DNA of 64,000 nucleotides from Geosiphon pyriformis uo1 (taxonomy: Eukaryota > Fungi > Glomeromycota), in contig JAAOMT010000436.1 of the NCBI GenBank assembly GCA_016748015.1, positions 1,424,847 through 1,488,846 on the forward strand, written 5' to 3'. The position numbers and the translations under genes are program-made. Of the stretch, positions 12,325-26,300 are shown piece by piece. The notes under the pieces are model-generated. The model saw nothing but the letters and a program-made list of their open reading frames with translations, ran no database searches and was not told the DNA's origin. Position 1 is the stretch's first letter. The number at the start of each line of letters is the position of its first letter.

Positions 12325-14194
12325 GTGGACCTGGAAGTTTCTTCTAGTAGCAATATGTCTAAAAAAAAGGCACCAAAGAGTGCTTTTCATGGTCCTGCTG
12401 GTGGTTTCTTCTCACAGAAGAAGAGAGTTGTGTTTGGAAATGTCAAACACTCAGATAATAAAAAAGATATTTCTCTGGATAGGTCTGAGCTTGGTGACAG
12501 TATGTTCTTTGATGTGGATAATGTGTCTGGTGACAAGAAAAGTACTAACATGACCAGCATTAATGTTGGGTTTCTTCTGGATTCAGCCACCAATACTCTT
12601 AAAGCCAAGTATATCAATACTAATGCCATTTTTGGTTCACCTCTTGGTTCTTCTAATTTTGTCATGGATGATGATAAAGATGTCTTTTTTCCTCCTTACC
12701 TTTCAATCTCTCTGGAAAAAAAATGGATTGACCCTAAAATTGTTAAAACTCAGGTTGAGGTGTCTGTTAAAAAAATCTTTTGCTCTTGATATCAATCTTA
12801 GTGCTGTAGAAGGAAATTCAACAATGGCAAAAACTCAGTTAATTAGAAAAATTTTTTCTTCAATCAATGGTTTTGGGGGGGGCCACTACTCCCTCAAAAT
12901 TTGAAGAGATCATCTGATCTATCTTCACTTCCGAAAAAAGCATAAATATGGCTGCATTTTTGGCCAGAGAAAGAGGAATTGTCATAAACACTAATCTCAA
13001 GAAATCAAGAGTGTGTTCAGATTGGGCCGTAGTAATCAAGGAAATTCCCATGAATATACCAAAGGAAATGATTGTTACTGCAGTTGCCAAATTTGGTAAT
13101 ATTAAATCAATTAAGATTCAGTTAATTGGTATGTGGCAGAAGACTGTAGTGGAATTTGCCAAATCAAGTCAAGCCGATCTGTTGGCATCAAGATGGTCAT
13201 TCCTAATTGGGAAAAACTCAGTGTATGTGGGAAAAGCTGTGGAAGATCATGATATCTGGGCATCAAGAGACCATTTTAGGGCACTTCTGTTTACTTTGCC
13301 AGTGGAAACAACTGCACATGATCTTGGTACTCTTTTGGATAGGGCTGGCAGTAAGACTTGTATTATCAATCAATCTTTGAACATTGGCAATAGGTTTCGT
13401 TGTGCTGTGGTTGGCTTTGAATCTGAGAAGGATTTGGATTCAGCATTTTGCATTAAGCCTGTTTTTGGTAGTATGTGGCTCTTATGGACTAGATTAGATT
13501 TGGTTTGGTATGGGAAGTGTGGGCATTTTGGGCATTTGGCTTTTAAGTGTGATGCTCCAGTTGGTTCTATGCTATTGTTATCTTTGGTTAAGTCTTTTAA
13601 AGGTTTTGTTTCTGAGGAGAGGCATTTCCAGCTGGCCAAGTTATATAAAAAAAAAGAGGTTCCTATCTTCCGTCCTATTGTTTTTGGTGGAAAATCCTGG
13701 GCCCAAGTGGTCTTAGTGGCTTCCCCCCTCTCTCGTGGTTTTCCTGCTGGTCCCAGCTCAAATCTTTTTTCTTCTTCTTATCATGACATTGGTGATGTTT
13801 CTTCTTTGAATGAACATTTGGCCTCTTTGGAATGCTTATTCAAGTTTCTTTCTAATTGGGTGTTCATTATTGTTAAATGTCTTAATAGTGCTGAACTGGT
13901 GTCTTTGGTGTCTTCTTCTTTTGTCTCTCCTCCTGATGCTTCTGTATCTTCAGCTTCAGATTCAGGCTTGGATATGGTTTTGGATGGCACTTCAATACTA
14001 TTGCTCACTTTTCTTCTACTGTTAATGTTGGTGTGCATGTTCTCAATTCTAGTAGCTCCAGAATTCTTACTGGCAAAATGGGTGGCTTGGAGTCTAAGTT
14101 GACATCTTTGGAGGCTTCTATTGGTTCAGTATTAGCATGTTTGGATGGCTTGTGCTCTAATTTGGGTGCTTCTTTGCATTTTTTCTCCAAATGA
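12325..14194 (+). pseudogene. LINE ORF1 (gag-like), frameshifted and with stops
   Basis: Fragments 12325-12789, 12563-12904 and 12948-14102 share SFALDINLSAVEG, AVVIKEIPM, a knuckle (YGKCGHFGHLAFKC) and FGGKSWAQV with the other copies. Confidence 0.85.
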
Positions 14195-17100
14195 ATGACC
14201 TAGTTTGGAAGTTCACCATGTGTAATGTTTGGGATTTCAATGTTTCCACCAAATGGGTGGACATTGTTCATTGGCATGTAAGCTCTGGGAGTATGGTTTT
14301 TTTTGTTATTGAGACAAAGTTGAGACCTTTTTCTGGACCATGGATCAAGAATGAATTTGAGGGGGTTCAGATTTTTACTTCTGGTTTGGATGTTAGTTAT
14401 CTCAGTGCTGGTGTTGCTGTGATCATGAACAATTCTTTGGCTTGCTATGTTTCTAAGATTAAGGTGGTCTCTGGTTGTGTTATCTTGGTGTGTCTTCTGT
14501 TCAAAGGCAAGCTTTCAGTGACTGTGCTCAGTTTGTATGCTGGTGCCTCTTCTGGCATTTGTTTTGGGCAGGCATTTGAGGTTAATTCTCTCATTGCTAA
14601 GGCTGTTAATACCAGCAATTTTGTTGTTTTGGGTGGGAATTTTAATGAAAATGGGTCTGGAAGGAGTGTAAGTTTCAGGTTTTGCCTGGGTCTTGGTCTG
14701 GTCAATTCGTTTGCCAGCCATTAATTGGCACTTGCTCCTATATGATGCAACTCGAGAGGGATCGAAAAGATTATTGATTATATTTTAGTTAGTAAAAGTC
14801 TGTTATCCACTGTTGCTAAGCATTGGGTCAGGTCAGTTTCGGATTTTTTTGATACGGATTATAGTGTTGTCATGGTGTTGGTTGGTATGGGTGGGCTTTT
14901 GGATGTTCAATTGAATAGCTTGTGCAGGCAGGCTAACAGAGATTATTGGAAGTTTAAGATTAAGGATGCGGATGTGTCCAAGTGGGATAAGTTTAAGAAT
15001 TGTGTTTTGGCAAGGCTTCTGTTGATCAAAGGCATCTTTGCTAATGCCAAAGCTGGTGGTAATTTAGATACTATGTGAGTGATTTTGAAAAAGGAGATGG
15101 TTGAATCTGCTGATAAGATTTTTTCCAGACTGTGGTTTAGCAAATTTCATTGCTCTAGGAACAAACATTCTTCGAAGTTTTTTGGGTTGGAGTTGCTTGT
15201 TGCAAAGATTCTTGGTGCAGTCTGCTCTGGCGACATGCTTGAAGTTGTCTATTTCATAAAAAAATGGTTCACTTTTGATGAAGACAAAGCTTGCACATTC
15301 TCTAATTTGGTTAGATTGGGTGAGGATAGTGGGGTTTTTCTTAAGCATCTGTCTTTATTTCGCAAGGAATACAGAAAATCAAAAATGTTTGAATCAAGGC
15401 TAACTAAAGAGGCTTCTGTTAGAAAAACTATAGAAAAATGCATGGAGAGTTTTACTTCTAATAAAGGGGGCATGATCAGAAGTATTTTGGACTGGCTTTT
15501 TCGCAAAGTGGTACTTAATTATTTGGTGGTTGATGGAGACTTGGTTCTGGAACCTGGGGAGATAAAGTCTAAAATGGATGAGATCATGACAGAATGGACA
15601 AGGAAGCAGGTATTGTCTGATCTTTGGGCTCGCCAATATGTGCCTTTGGATTATGTGTGGAATGATGCTTTTTTTGAGATAATGTGTGAAATCAGTTTGG
15701 ATAAGCTGCTCTCAGTGGTTAATGATCTTCCTAATCGCAAGACTGTTGGCTTGTCTAGCATTTCTAATGAATTGTGAAAACATAGTGGTGATGTGGTATT
15801 GGGTTGCCTTCTGGAGCTGTTGAATACATGTGTAATTGTTGATGAGGTGCCTACTTTATGAAGGAGAGTGTGGGTGTCAATGATTTCAAAGCCTTATGAC
15901 TGGGATGGGGTTCTTACAAACACTCGGCCTATTGTATTAATTGAGACTGCCAGGAAGATTCTCTCTAAGATTTTCTCTGACAGAATTTCATCCACTTGCA
16001 GCAAGTTTGGTGTTCTTTGTGGTGATAATTTTTCTGTTTTAAAGAGTACATCTACACAGTCTCTGGTTTTTGCTGTTGGCTTAGTGGTTAAGGATGCTTT
16101 GGAAAAGAATTGTGAACTTTGGCTGGTATTAGAAGATATGTGTAAAGCATATGACTCAGTTGGGTGGCATTACTTGAAAGCAAGCTTGAAATGCATTAAG
16201 ATGTACAGCAAATTTATTAGTTTCTTCAAAGGCATATATAATGATAGAATTAATAGGGTCATAATAGATTTTGGTCTGTTGGATGGCTATCATATACATG
16301 ATAGTTTGGATCAAGGTAAGGTCTTCTCCCCCCTTCTTTGGAGGATCTTCTATGATCCACTCTTGTGTGAGGTTAAGAGGCATAAACATTTGTGTAGATA
16401 CAGGATTGATACTAATTTTGTGGTAAAAACTGGCAGAATTGAGAATAGTGGTGGAATGTCATCCTTTTTTGCTGCTGGTGCTTTTGTAGATGATATGATT
16501 TGGATGGGAGATTGCCAGGCTTTCATGCAGTATGCTCTTAATATTGCCAGTGAATTTTTTTCAATCAATAATATTTCTATTAACAATGAGAAAATGGTGG
16601 CTATTCCGATCAATCAGGATGTCAAAGTTGCTTCTTTGAGTATTAGTGGTCAGCTAATCTCTATAGCAAAAAAGAGCGAAGTTTACAGATACCTGGGAAT
16701 CTTTTTGTCAACTGAGGGGTTGTTCAAACCTAGTTTGGCCAAGGCACATTCAGATGTTTGTTTCTTTGTCAATGTTGTACTTAGGAAGACTATTACGGAC
16801 AAGCAGTATTCTTATTTGGTCTCTACTGTTTTGCAGCCAATTGTTAGCTACAAAATGCAGTTTAGTTTTGTTTCTTCTGGTGTATGTTGCAAGTGGGACA
16901 TTTTGGTTAGGAAAGGCCTCAGGTCTAAGGCATGCTTGTCTTGTGACTTCCTGAATGAGGCTTTGTATCATCCTTCTCTTTATGGCTTGAAGCCTTTTGA
17001 CCAGGTACAATCTGAGAGTAAGATGGCTGTAGTAATATCTTTTTCAAATGCTTTGGGCATTTTTGGTCAGTTGTTTTTTTATTGCTTCTTGGATTTGCAG

Positions 17101-18870
17101 GTTCTTGGGTAGACACCCTTGAATCCATTGCAGTTTCCAGTTAAGCTGCACATTAGTCCCGTAAACAATTTTTTAGCTGGTGTGGTCAGAATTTTTTTGG
17201 ATTGTGAGCTGTCTTTGGCAGGCTTTCTACCTAATGCATTTAGAGACCCTGGTAATTTTCCTATGCCTGAAATTTTGGGAAAATCCTTGTTTCTTAGTTG
17301 TGTTTGCTCTTTAAAGCATTTTGGAGTTGCTTTTGGTGACAGACTCCTTGACAAAAAAAGTGCTATAATGGATTGGAAGACTTTTCATCATTGAAAAAGG
17401 CTTGATCCCAGGGGCTCTGTGTTTCACTGGTTTAATGTTACATCGAGGTTTTTGCTGAATAAGAGTTCAGTGTCATCTGCTGCTGTTAAAGCTAATGGTT
17501 TTTCAGGCTATAGCATTTTGGATTCTGAACAGTTTGCTTTTGTGCATAATGATTTGCTCAAAGTTTGGTCTGGCTCTTTTGATGTTTATACTGATGGTTC
17601 ATTGAAATTTGCTGGCTTTTCCAGTATAATTAGCGGAGCCACTGCTTATTTTCTTGCTTTGGATTCTGGAGTTAGTATTGGCATTTATGGGCTTTTATCT
17701 TCAACTTTATTAGAATTGCAGGCTGTGGCTTTTGCTCTGGAATGTGTTCCTCTCTTCTGTACAGTGGTTTTGCATCTCGACAGCCAAGCTGCTATTGATG
17801 TATGTGTGTCTGAATTAGCTTTTGCTGTTCTTGATTTTTACAATTATTGTTGGATTGAGAGAAAATATATTGCCAATTTGATTAAGGATAAAGATCTCAC
17901 TGTAAGTTGAGTTAAGATCAAGGGTCATTCTGGGGTTCTTGGTAATAATAAAGCAGATATGCTGGCTGGTGAGGCTGCTGGCTTTCCTCTTTTTTTGCCG
18001 GCTGGAGTTCATGAGTGTTTTTTGGTGGTTGAAGGTACTGCAATTTCAGGTAATACTTGTCACTTTGTCAGAGATGTTTATAGATCTATTTGTCATGTTC
18101 ATTGGGAGACTGGTCCAGGTCATAATATGGTTCCAGTTGCTTTGTTGCAGAGTTTTGATTGGATTGCTTCCACACAGGTTTGGCATCTTGACTTGCACAT
18201 ACTTGCTGAGTTTACCAGCTGTAAGTCTGCAATTTTTTGCACATACTTGATGAAGGCTCTACACAGAAGGCTGCTGGTGGCTGTCTGCAAAAAGTTATAT
18301 GATAAAAGTTATTCTGGCGTGCAGTGTTTGTTGTGTGACAAGATAGAATTGCCAGACCACGTCTTCACTTGTTCACAGGATGTTTATATTCAGTGAAACA
18401 TTTTGTCGGAGATGTCTGCTTGCTGGATTTCTCTGGCTGGTGCTTGTGACCCATTTTCTTCCTCTGTCTTAAGGACTCTTGATCTTTGTCATTCAGATGT
18501 CAGCTTGTATTCAGTCATGTGTAAAGAGTTTGTGCTTAAGGATTGGTGTACAGAGATGGTTGGCATTTTTGGTGATGTTAAGAGTGCTATTAGTGTGGTA
18601 GTTGACTTTGTAAGGTATTTGGTCGAGTTGTATCAATTCAAGATGTGATTGACAAGGTCTAAATTTAGAGTGGATATAAAGAGGGCAGGCTTAGTTGGTG
18701 ATGATGGTTTGGTGGTGGGTCTTTTATGTTGTGGGTCTTTTATACTTTCAGATAGAGTGGTCAGATTGCTTGGTATTATAGAGTCTTTTGCTGTGAGTTT
18801 TGGCTGTTGTAGGTCTTGTCCTTTTTTTTCTGGTTTGGATGATAATCCATGTGTTGTTTTAGGTATGTAG
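14191..18870 (+). pseudogene. LINE ORF2: APE endonuclease - RT - RNase H - CCHC, with many premature stops
   Basis: Successive in-frame fragments from 14191 to 18870; motifs ETKL, GGNFN, TRPIVLIET, KAYDSV, FVDD, YLGIF, YTDGSL, LDSQ, KGHSG, CLLCDKIELPDHVFTC. Confidence 0.92.
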
Positions 18871-20509
18871 TGTTGCCTTGTTTGGCCCAAGTGACTGGCC
18901 ACATATAGAGAGTGCATAAATTGCACTTAGTTTGAACCACTTAGTTTGGTTCTATGTACTAGGTAGCAATTGGGCTTTACTTGTTAAATTGTTTAATAAA
19001 AAAAAAAATTTAGTTAAATAACTAAATTGTATTATATTTTTTTGTTATTATTAAACTAATTATTGATTTATTATTTTTTATTTGCTGATTGATTTTGTTA
19101 ATTAAATGTGATAATATAGACCTTTTTTTATGATTTTAATAATAATTTTTATAGTATATTGTTGTTATTTTTGTATTAAAAACCATAAAAATTTCTGGTA
19201 ATAGCATTAAAAATAATTTTAACAATATTATAATAAGAAAATTTTAAACAACATACAATTTTAAAAACTATTTATAATAAACATATTTTCAAAAAATAAA
19301 CTTAAATAATTCAGATTTTAATTATATCTTTTGTTATTAAGAATTTTTTAATCAAAAAATTTAAAAAAATTTTTTAAGTATTTTAAATTGCTTTTAATAA
19401 TAAAAATCATCTATTTAACAAAATTTATTTCAATTTAAAATTGTTAGAAATGTTTTTTTTTAAATTTAAATATGTAAATATAAAATTTATAAGAAACAAG
19501 ATCATAATATTCAGATCTGTTTACAATAAAGTATTTTTTAATTATAAAATACTATAAATACTTAAAACATAAAAAAAAATTAAATATATAATTTATATTT
19601 AATTTAATATAAAAAAAAATTATTTTTTATTTTAATTAAACTAATATTTATTAGATTTACTAATAAATAAATATTAAAATTCTATATATATTAATATTAC
19701 ATATTGTGAATAAATTAATTTAACAAAAAAGATGAATTAATTTAATTATTTTCTAATTATATTAATAAAATTTAATAATTATATATAATAATATATATTA
19801 TAATAGTTTTTTTTTAATTTTATAATTATAATTAAAATAAAAAGTAAAAAAAATTTAAATATTATTTTTTTTATAGTAATTTATAAAGTTTTAATAAAAA
19901 AAGTTATTTTATTATTAAAATAGTTAGATAAAATATTATTAAAAATTTTTTATTTTTTTTAATATTGTTAATATTATTTTGTTGTTAATTTTATTGTTAA
20001 TAAAAACTGATAAATTTCTAATAAGTTAATTTATTTTTTTAAAATATTTTTTTATATTTTAAACTATATCTATTATTAAACTTATAATAAAATAACTAAT
20101 TCTATATCAATTACTTATATAATTACTTTATAGTAAAAGTTAACTTTTTTACAAAAATATTTTATATGTAAGTTTATTAATAATATGTAATTATTTTATT
20201 ATAAAAGTTGAATTTTTTACAAAAAATCTTAATTATAAGCTATTTAATAATATATAAAAAAAGAAATAAAATAAAAATAAAAAAAATTGTCTTTATTTAG
20301 AATTAATTAAATAATTAAAAATTAGTAACTAATTAATTTTAAAATATTAGTTGTAATTATAAATTTTAAACAATTAATTTGTTATAACTAATTATTTGTT
20401 AAGAAAATAATTTTAAATTAAGATTTTAATTAATAATAAAAATTATAAAAATAATTTTATGTTAATTAATAACTCAAATTTTTATTGATAATAATGTTTT
20501 AATAATATT

Positions 20510-22300
20510 TTTTTTCTGATTAATAGTTTGTTTTTTTTAAATTTTTTTTAAAAAATACACTAAAATTAATTCTAATATTGTTTTATTATTTTTAAAAATC
20601 TTAAAGTTTTTAATAATAGACTAATTAACAAACTAATTTTCTTTATTATTATTATTATTACTATTATTACTTTGCAAATAACCAAAAAAACCAAAAACTT
20701 TAAAAAACAACAGCAGTTGTTTATGTTTACTATTATTTTATCAAATTCTTAATAAAATTTTTTTAATATAAACAATAATAATAATAATATATTTTTTAAA
20801 ACAAAATTAATTATTAACTATATTATCAAATATAATGTTTTTTAGCAGATTATTATTAATCTTAAAAGCAAACCAGCCTATTAAATTACCTAATTTTAAA
20901 AATTAAACTGATATAATAAAAACTAAATTAATTTTTCTTCTTTTGTTTTTTAGTATTGGCTTTAATAATATTTAAAAAACAATTTTTGATTATTAAAATT
21001 TTTTAAATAAGTAACTTTTATCTTGGTATTACTTTTAAAATTAAATTAATTTTGGTTAATTTTTTGTTTTATTTGCTATCTGGTTTTATTAAACTTAAGT
21101 TAGTTTTAAAAAACAATATAAAATTGTTTTATGTAAATTTTACTTTTAATGTTTTTTTAATTATTATTATTAAATTTTTATTATAATTTTTTATTTTTAA
21201 TTATATTTAAGATTATAAAGTTTTTTATACTAACTTTTACTTTTTTTTATCTTTTATAATATTTTATAATATTTCTTTAAATATATGTTTTAATAATATT
21301 AAAAATACTTTTAGTGTTTTTAGTATTGTTATTTTAGTTAAATTAAAGTTTATTAACTTGTAATAATTTGCTATTGTTTATTATAAAGACTTTTTTTTGC
21401 TATTATTGGTGTTTTAATTTATTAATTTATATTAATTAAAAAAAACAGTATAAGAATTCTTTTTTTAATTAGCTAAAAAAAATTATTAATTCAAAAAATA
21501 TTTTTAAAACCAAATTGGTTAATTTTTTTTAGTTGTATTATATTTAAAATTAGTAATTTGATTTTTTAAGTTAATAGATATATCTGTTTTATTTTTTGTT
21601 TTCTTAATTCTTATTATTATTAATATTTTGTTATTATAATATTTAATTCTTTAAAAGTTTTAAATCTTGTTGTTTTAAAAGCTAATATTTTATGTAAGTA
21701 TATTATTTAATAAAAAATTTTTAAATATTATTATTGTTATAGATATTAAAATTTAGATTATCTTTTTTTTATAAGTTTTTTTTAAGTTTATTAACAGTTT
21801 TAAAAGTTTTAACTTAAAATCATCTGAGTGGCTAGTTACATATAGGAAGCACATGAACCACACTTAATATAGAATTTTGTATATTGCTATAGTTTAGGTA
21901 GTGGTTGGACTACACTCGTTAAATGCTTAATAAAAAAAATAAAAAAATCATATATTAAAGCTACTACTTTTCTGGTTTTTTTGTTGTTGTTTTTTTGGTT
22001 TTATTTGTTGTTGTATTTGTTATTAATTTTGTAATTAAATTTAGGTTGAATTTTTTGAAATTTTAAATTTGGCTGCTTTAATTAAATTTGTTTTTAAACT
22101 AATTAGTTTTTTGATTATTTTAATTACTTTTTTCTGACTAAAAATAAATACAAAAATCTTAAAATAATTTTTTTTTTGATTATTATAAAATATATTATTA
22201 AAGACTTTATTGATATTTTAATTGGTTTGTTTAAAAACTTTACTAGTTTTAAGACTAAAATTAAGTTTAATAACATAAATAAAAATAAATTTGGTGTTGT
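20510..22300 (+). mobile_element. Fossil relative (copy C) of the ORF1-only retroelement
   Basis: aaagtttttaataatagactaattaacaaacta (20603) matches 31141; tcaaatataatgttttttagcagattatt (20826) matches 34667; aaatcatatattaaagctactact matches aagtcttatgttaaagctgctgct (35699). Ends are approximate. Confidence 0.65.
21824..21943 (+). mobile_element. Severely 5'-truncated retroposon insertion (LINE-family 3' UTR + poly(A) only)
   Basis: GC-richer island homologous to the LINE 3' UTRs (18880-19000; 3875-3975 reverse strand). Flanked by direct repeats AAAATCAT (21816-21823, 21944-21951), and the host element continues colinearly across it. Confidence 0.75.
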
Positions 22301-23300
22301 TAAAACATCTTTTTTAAGTAAAAAAATTATAATTATTTAGTAATTTTATAACAAATATGTAATTTTAATATTAAGTATAATATTAAAAAAACTAGATTGT
22401 TTTTGAATAAATTTATTTTTAATAGTTAAAATTTAAATTGTTTTATAATTAGACTTAATAAAATGAATTTTTTTTCATTTAGCTTAGTTTGTATTTTAAT
22501 TAATTTAAATAATTAATCATATATAAAAAATATATAAATTATACTTAGTTTAAAATATTTTGTTTGTTATATTGTATTAAGTAATAATTAAACTATTCTT
22601 TATTAAAACATTAATATATATAAAAATATTAATTATATAAAATATTTTAAGTATAATATATTAATAAATTGGTTTTTGTTTAAAATGTAGTATTAAACAA
22701 TTATTATAATAAAATTAAAAGCTAATAAAAAATTGTTATAATAAAAATAAAAATAACAAAATTAAATAAAAATTTATTGCTTAATTAATAATTTTAATTA
22801 TTTATGTTTTATAAATATAATTAATTTTGCTTAAATAATTAATTTAATAATTTTATTTTTAAATTTAATTTAAAATACAAGTTTGTTTAATGTAATGTAT
22901 ATATATTTTTTTATGTATAATCCAATCACATATAATTTAAATAACTGTTTTAATTTTTTTTAAATATGTATATGTATTAAAATAAAATTAGTTAATCAAA
23001 AAAAATCATAAATATAAATTAAGTTTAAAAATAATTCATAATTTTTAATATATTGTTAATTTTAATAATTGTTTTAATTGGTTTTTAAAAAAAATGTTAA
23101 TTATTATATAAAAAACTATTTTGCTTTTGAGTTTATATTTATTAAAACTTTCAAATGTTAAAAATTTTTTTACCTGTTTTCTTTTCATGAAAAGATTTCT
23201 TATTTTATTCTATTTAACCATTTTTTTTAACTTTATAATTTTGATCGGTGTTAACAATTATACATATGGTAATGTTACAATAGTTCAAATATTCATCCTC

Positions 23301-26300
23301 TTAACATTTTCTCCCACCAATAAATTCCGCCCAACTCTTAACTTCAGGTGGAATCTCATTCTCTGGCAGTTTTGAAAATTCTTCCCGTTTCCTTTTCAAT
23401 GATTCCACAAATAGCAAGGCACATTTGCCATCATTGATAAGAGGAATACCAAAATCGACAGCTGATCGTCTTGCTATATAGTTCTCATCGTTGATGGTCT
23501 GGGCACGTAATTGTGATAAATTAAACACAAAGTCGATATTGTTGCTTTTGAAGACTTTCAATAGGGCTTTCTTATCTTCCGGAAGACTCAAAGTCTTGGC
23601 ATTAATGCCACGAAGCTGAAGATATTCCGTGACCTTGGGTGAACTAGTAAAGATCGGATGTCCAAGGCCCTTGGAGATTGTTTTTGCTAGATTTACAAAA
23701 TCGAGCTCGTTTGTGAGATCGTCCTTGCCAAGTAGAATTCCAGATCCGATTTTTGGAACACGAAAATTTTGAGTAGATTGAATAGCTGACCAGTATGCTT
23801 CGTACTTATCTTTGCCAAAACATGCTACCTCACCCGTCGAAGCCATTTCAACACCAAGGAATGGATCGGCACCTTGTAAACGAGTCCATGAGAATTGAGA
23901 TACTTTAACGGCTTGATAGTCCCTCTTTTCCATCATCAAGTCAACTGGTTGTGGGACTTCGTGATCAAGTAATGCACGAGTTGCAACTTCGATAAAATTA
24001 ATTCCAAGTACTTTGGATACAAATGGAAAGGAACGAGAGGCACGAAGGTTACATTCAATAACCTTTAAATCCGATTCTTCATTAGGGTTATCCTTTTTGA
24101 TGATTTGCATGTTAAATGGACCTGTGATTTCGAAAGCTGTTGCTACTTTTTGAGCAATTTCCTTTAGCCTTTGTAATGTATGATTGCTGATGTCACGAGA
24201 TGGCAGTACCAGAGTGGCATCACCAGAGTGAACACCTGCATTTTCAACGTGTTCCGAAACAGCATGTAAAAGAAGCTTTCCCTTATATGCTACGGCGTCA
24301 ACATCAATTTCTCCTGCAGGGGAAATAAATTTTGTGATAACCACAGGATGAAGTGGAGAAACCGATGTTGCTTCAACCAGATTTTTATGCAAGGCATCTG
24401 GTGTATGACAAACGTTCATAGCAGCCCCGGAAAGAACGTATGATGGACGCACAAGAACAGGATACCTAATGAATGAAGTTTCATGTTAAATATTGTTGTT
24501 TTGGTAATGTACTCACTATAGAATTTTAAGATAATTTAATTTTATTCAACTTTACCCAACTTTTTCTGCAAATTCTTCGGCTTCCTGAGCACTAGTTAAT
24601 TCTTTCCATTCTGGTTGATCAACTCCAATTCTATCTAAAACTTGAGAAAATTTGAATCGGTTTTCGGCCCTATCAATCATAACTGGGCTAGTTCCCAAAA
24701 CATGAACATTGTTTTGATACAATCTTAAGGCAATATTTTGTGGCAATTGACCGCCCACGGATACTACAACTCCTTCAGCCTTTTCATTTTCGTAAATGTC
24801 CATTACTCTTTCGAATGATAATTCTTCAAAATATAATCTGTCGCATTCGTCAAAGTCTGTTGATACAGTTTCTGGATTATAATTGATCATCACCGTTTTT
24901 TTGCCTATATCACGAATAGCCCGAATAGCAGAAACTCCACACCAGTCGAATTCTACTGAGGATCCAATACGATAAACTCCGGAACCCAAAACCATCGTTC
25001 CGTGTTCATTGAATTCCACATCATGAGTCGTAGCATTGTACGTGGTATACAAGTAGTTTGTGAGAGCAGGAAATTCTGCAGCCAGTGTATCAATACGTTT
25101 CACGAATGGTGTGATGCCATGTTGCTTCCTGGCTGCTCTTACTTTATCTTCGGTGGTTTGATGCAAAAGTGAAGCAATTTGAGCGTCAGAAAACCCTTTC
25201 CGTTTGGCTTCTTTGAGTAGGTAGTCGGGGATATTATCAAGAGTCTCGGCATGTTTTAGTTCATGTTGAATATCCACAATGTTACCGAGTTTATGAAGAA
25301 ACCATTTATCGATTTTTGTTAGATTATGAATTTGGTTTATCGTATAGCCTTTTTCAAGCATAGCATGACCAATTGCAAATAGACGACGATCTGTAGGAAT
25401 TGAAAGTGCTTTGTCAAGATCTGAGAACGGAAGTGACTGAAAACCTTGGAAAGAAGGATCAACTTGTCGGATCGCCTTTTTAGGTAATTTTAAAACGTAA
25501 AAAATTTAATCATTCGAAATTAAAGGCAATGATAGGTAAATCTAACCTTTTGCAAACTTTCTTCAAAAGTTCTGCCTATAGCCATAACTTCTCCCACACT
25601 CTTCATCGAGCTGCCTATATCACGTTCCACATGTTGGAATTTACTTAAATCCCATTTAGGTATTTTTGTAACAATATAGTCTAATGATGGTTCAAAACAG
25701 GCAGTCGTGGTTTTAGTGACGGCATTACGAAGTTCGGGGAGTGTATTTCCCAATGCTATTTTTGCTGCAATAAAGGCTAATGGATAACCGGTGGCTTTAG
25801 AAGCTAAAGCACTGATTGTTTCACATAAAAACCAAGAGGAGAATATGAGCCAAAAAATTGAAAACTTAACGCATTCATCACCGAATTTCCCTTACCTACT
25901 ACGACTCAAACGAGCATTGACTTCAATTACTTTATATTCAAGACTTTCAGGATTTAACGCATACTGAACATTACATTCACCGATCACACCAAGATGACGG
26001 ATAATTTTTATTGCTGCTGTTCTTAACATGTGATATTCTTCGTCGCTTAAAGTTTGACTAGGTGCGACCACTATAGAATCACCAGTGTGTATTCCAAGAG
26101 GATCAAAGTTTTCCATGTTACAAACAGTGATACAATTATTGGCAGAATCACGGACTACTTCGTATTCCACTTCTTTCCAGCCTTTCATCGATTTCTCAAC
26201 TAAAATTTGTGGGGAGAGTGATAAAGATTTTGCCCCTAAATTATGAAGTTCTTGAGGGTTTTCAGCAAATCCAGATCCAAGTCCACCAAGGGAAAAGGCG

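Larger units (their letters stand above)
12199..19006 (+). mobile_element. Full-length non-LTR retrotransposon (LINE-2 in this window), inactive
   Basis: ORF1 + ORF2; poly(A) at ~18995-19008; candidate TSD AATTTAGTTA at 12189-12198 and 19007-19016; 5' motif acttttttctc shared with the other LINEs. Confidence 0.92.
3669..19753 (+). mobile_element. AT-eroded Mutator-like (MULE) DNA transposon, copy B, with two LINEs and other material nested inside
   Basis: ~62-bp terminal inverted repeats at 3669-3730 and 19692-19753, with identical 8-bp flanks TAATTATA (3661-3668 and 19754-19761). Segments 3669-3843, 10604-11045 and ~19340-19753 align with the MULE at 27859-30136. Confidence 0.75.

Noticed and set aside
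4263-17354. Numerous antisense and alternate-frame ORFs overlapping the LINEs (likewise within the Gypsy element and host genes)
   Set aside because: These are shadow ORFs of the real frames, with no motifs and no consistent boundaries between copies.
3986-18870. Alternative genetic code (TGA=Trp) or stop readthrough to explain in-frame stops at Trp positions
   Set aside because: The stops are a mix of TGA, TAG and TAA from TGG, CGA, CAA and CAG, they differ between copies, and the host genes use the standard code. They are mutations.
18871-19006. 3' tail as a hammerhead/HDV ribozyme or SECIS element
   Set aside because: I could not find the required catalytic-core consensus, so it is reported only as a conserved stem-loop.
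19760-23290. AT-rich desert as organellar insert or centromeric satellite
   Set aside because: There is no periodic satellite or organellar gene, and a large part aligns to the ORF1-only element.
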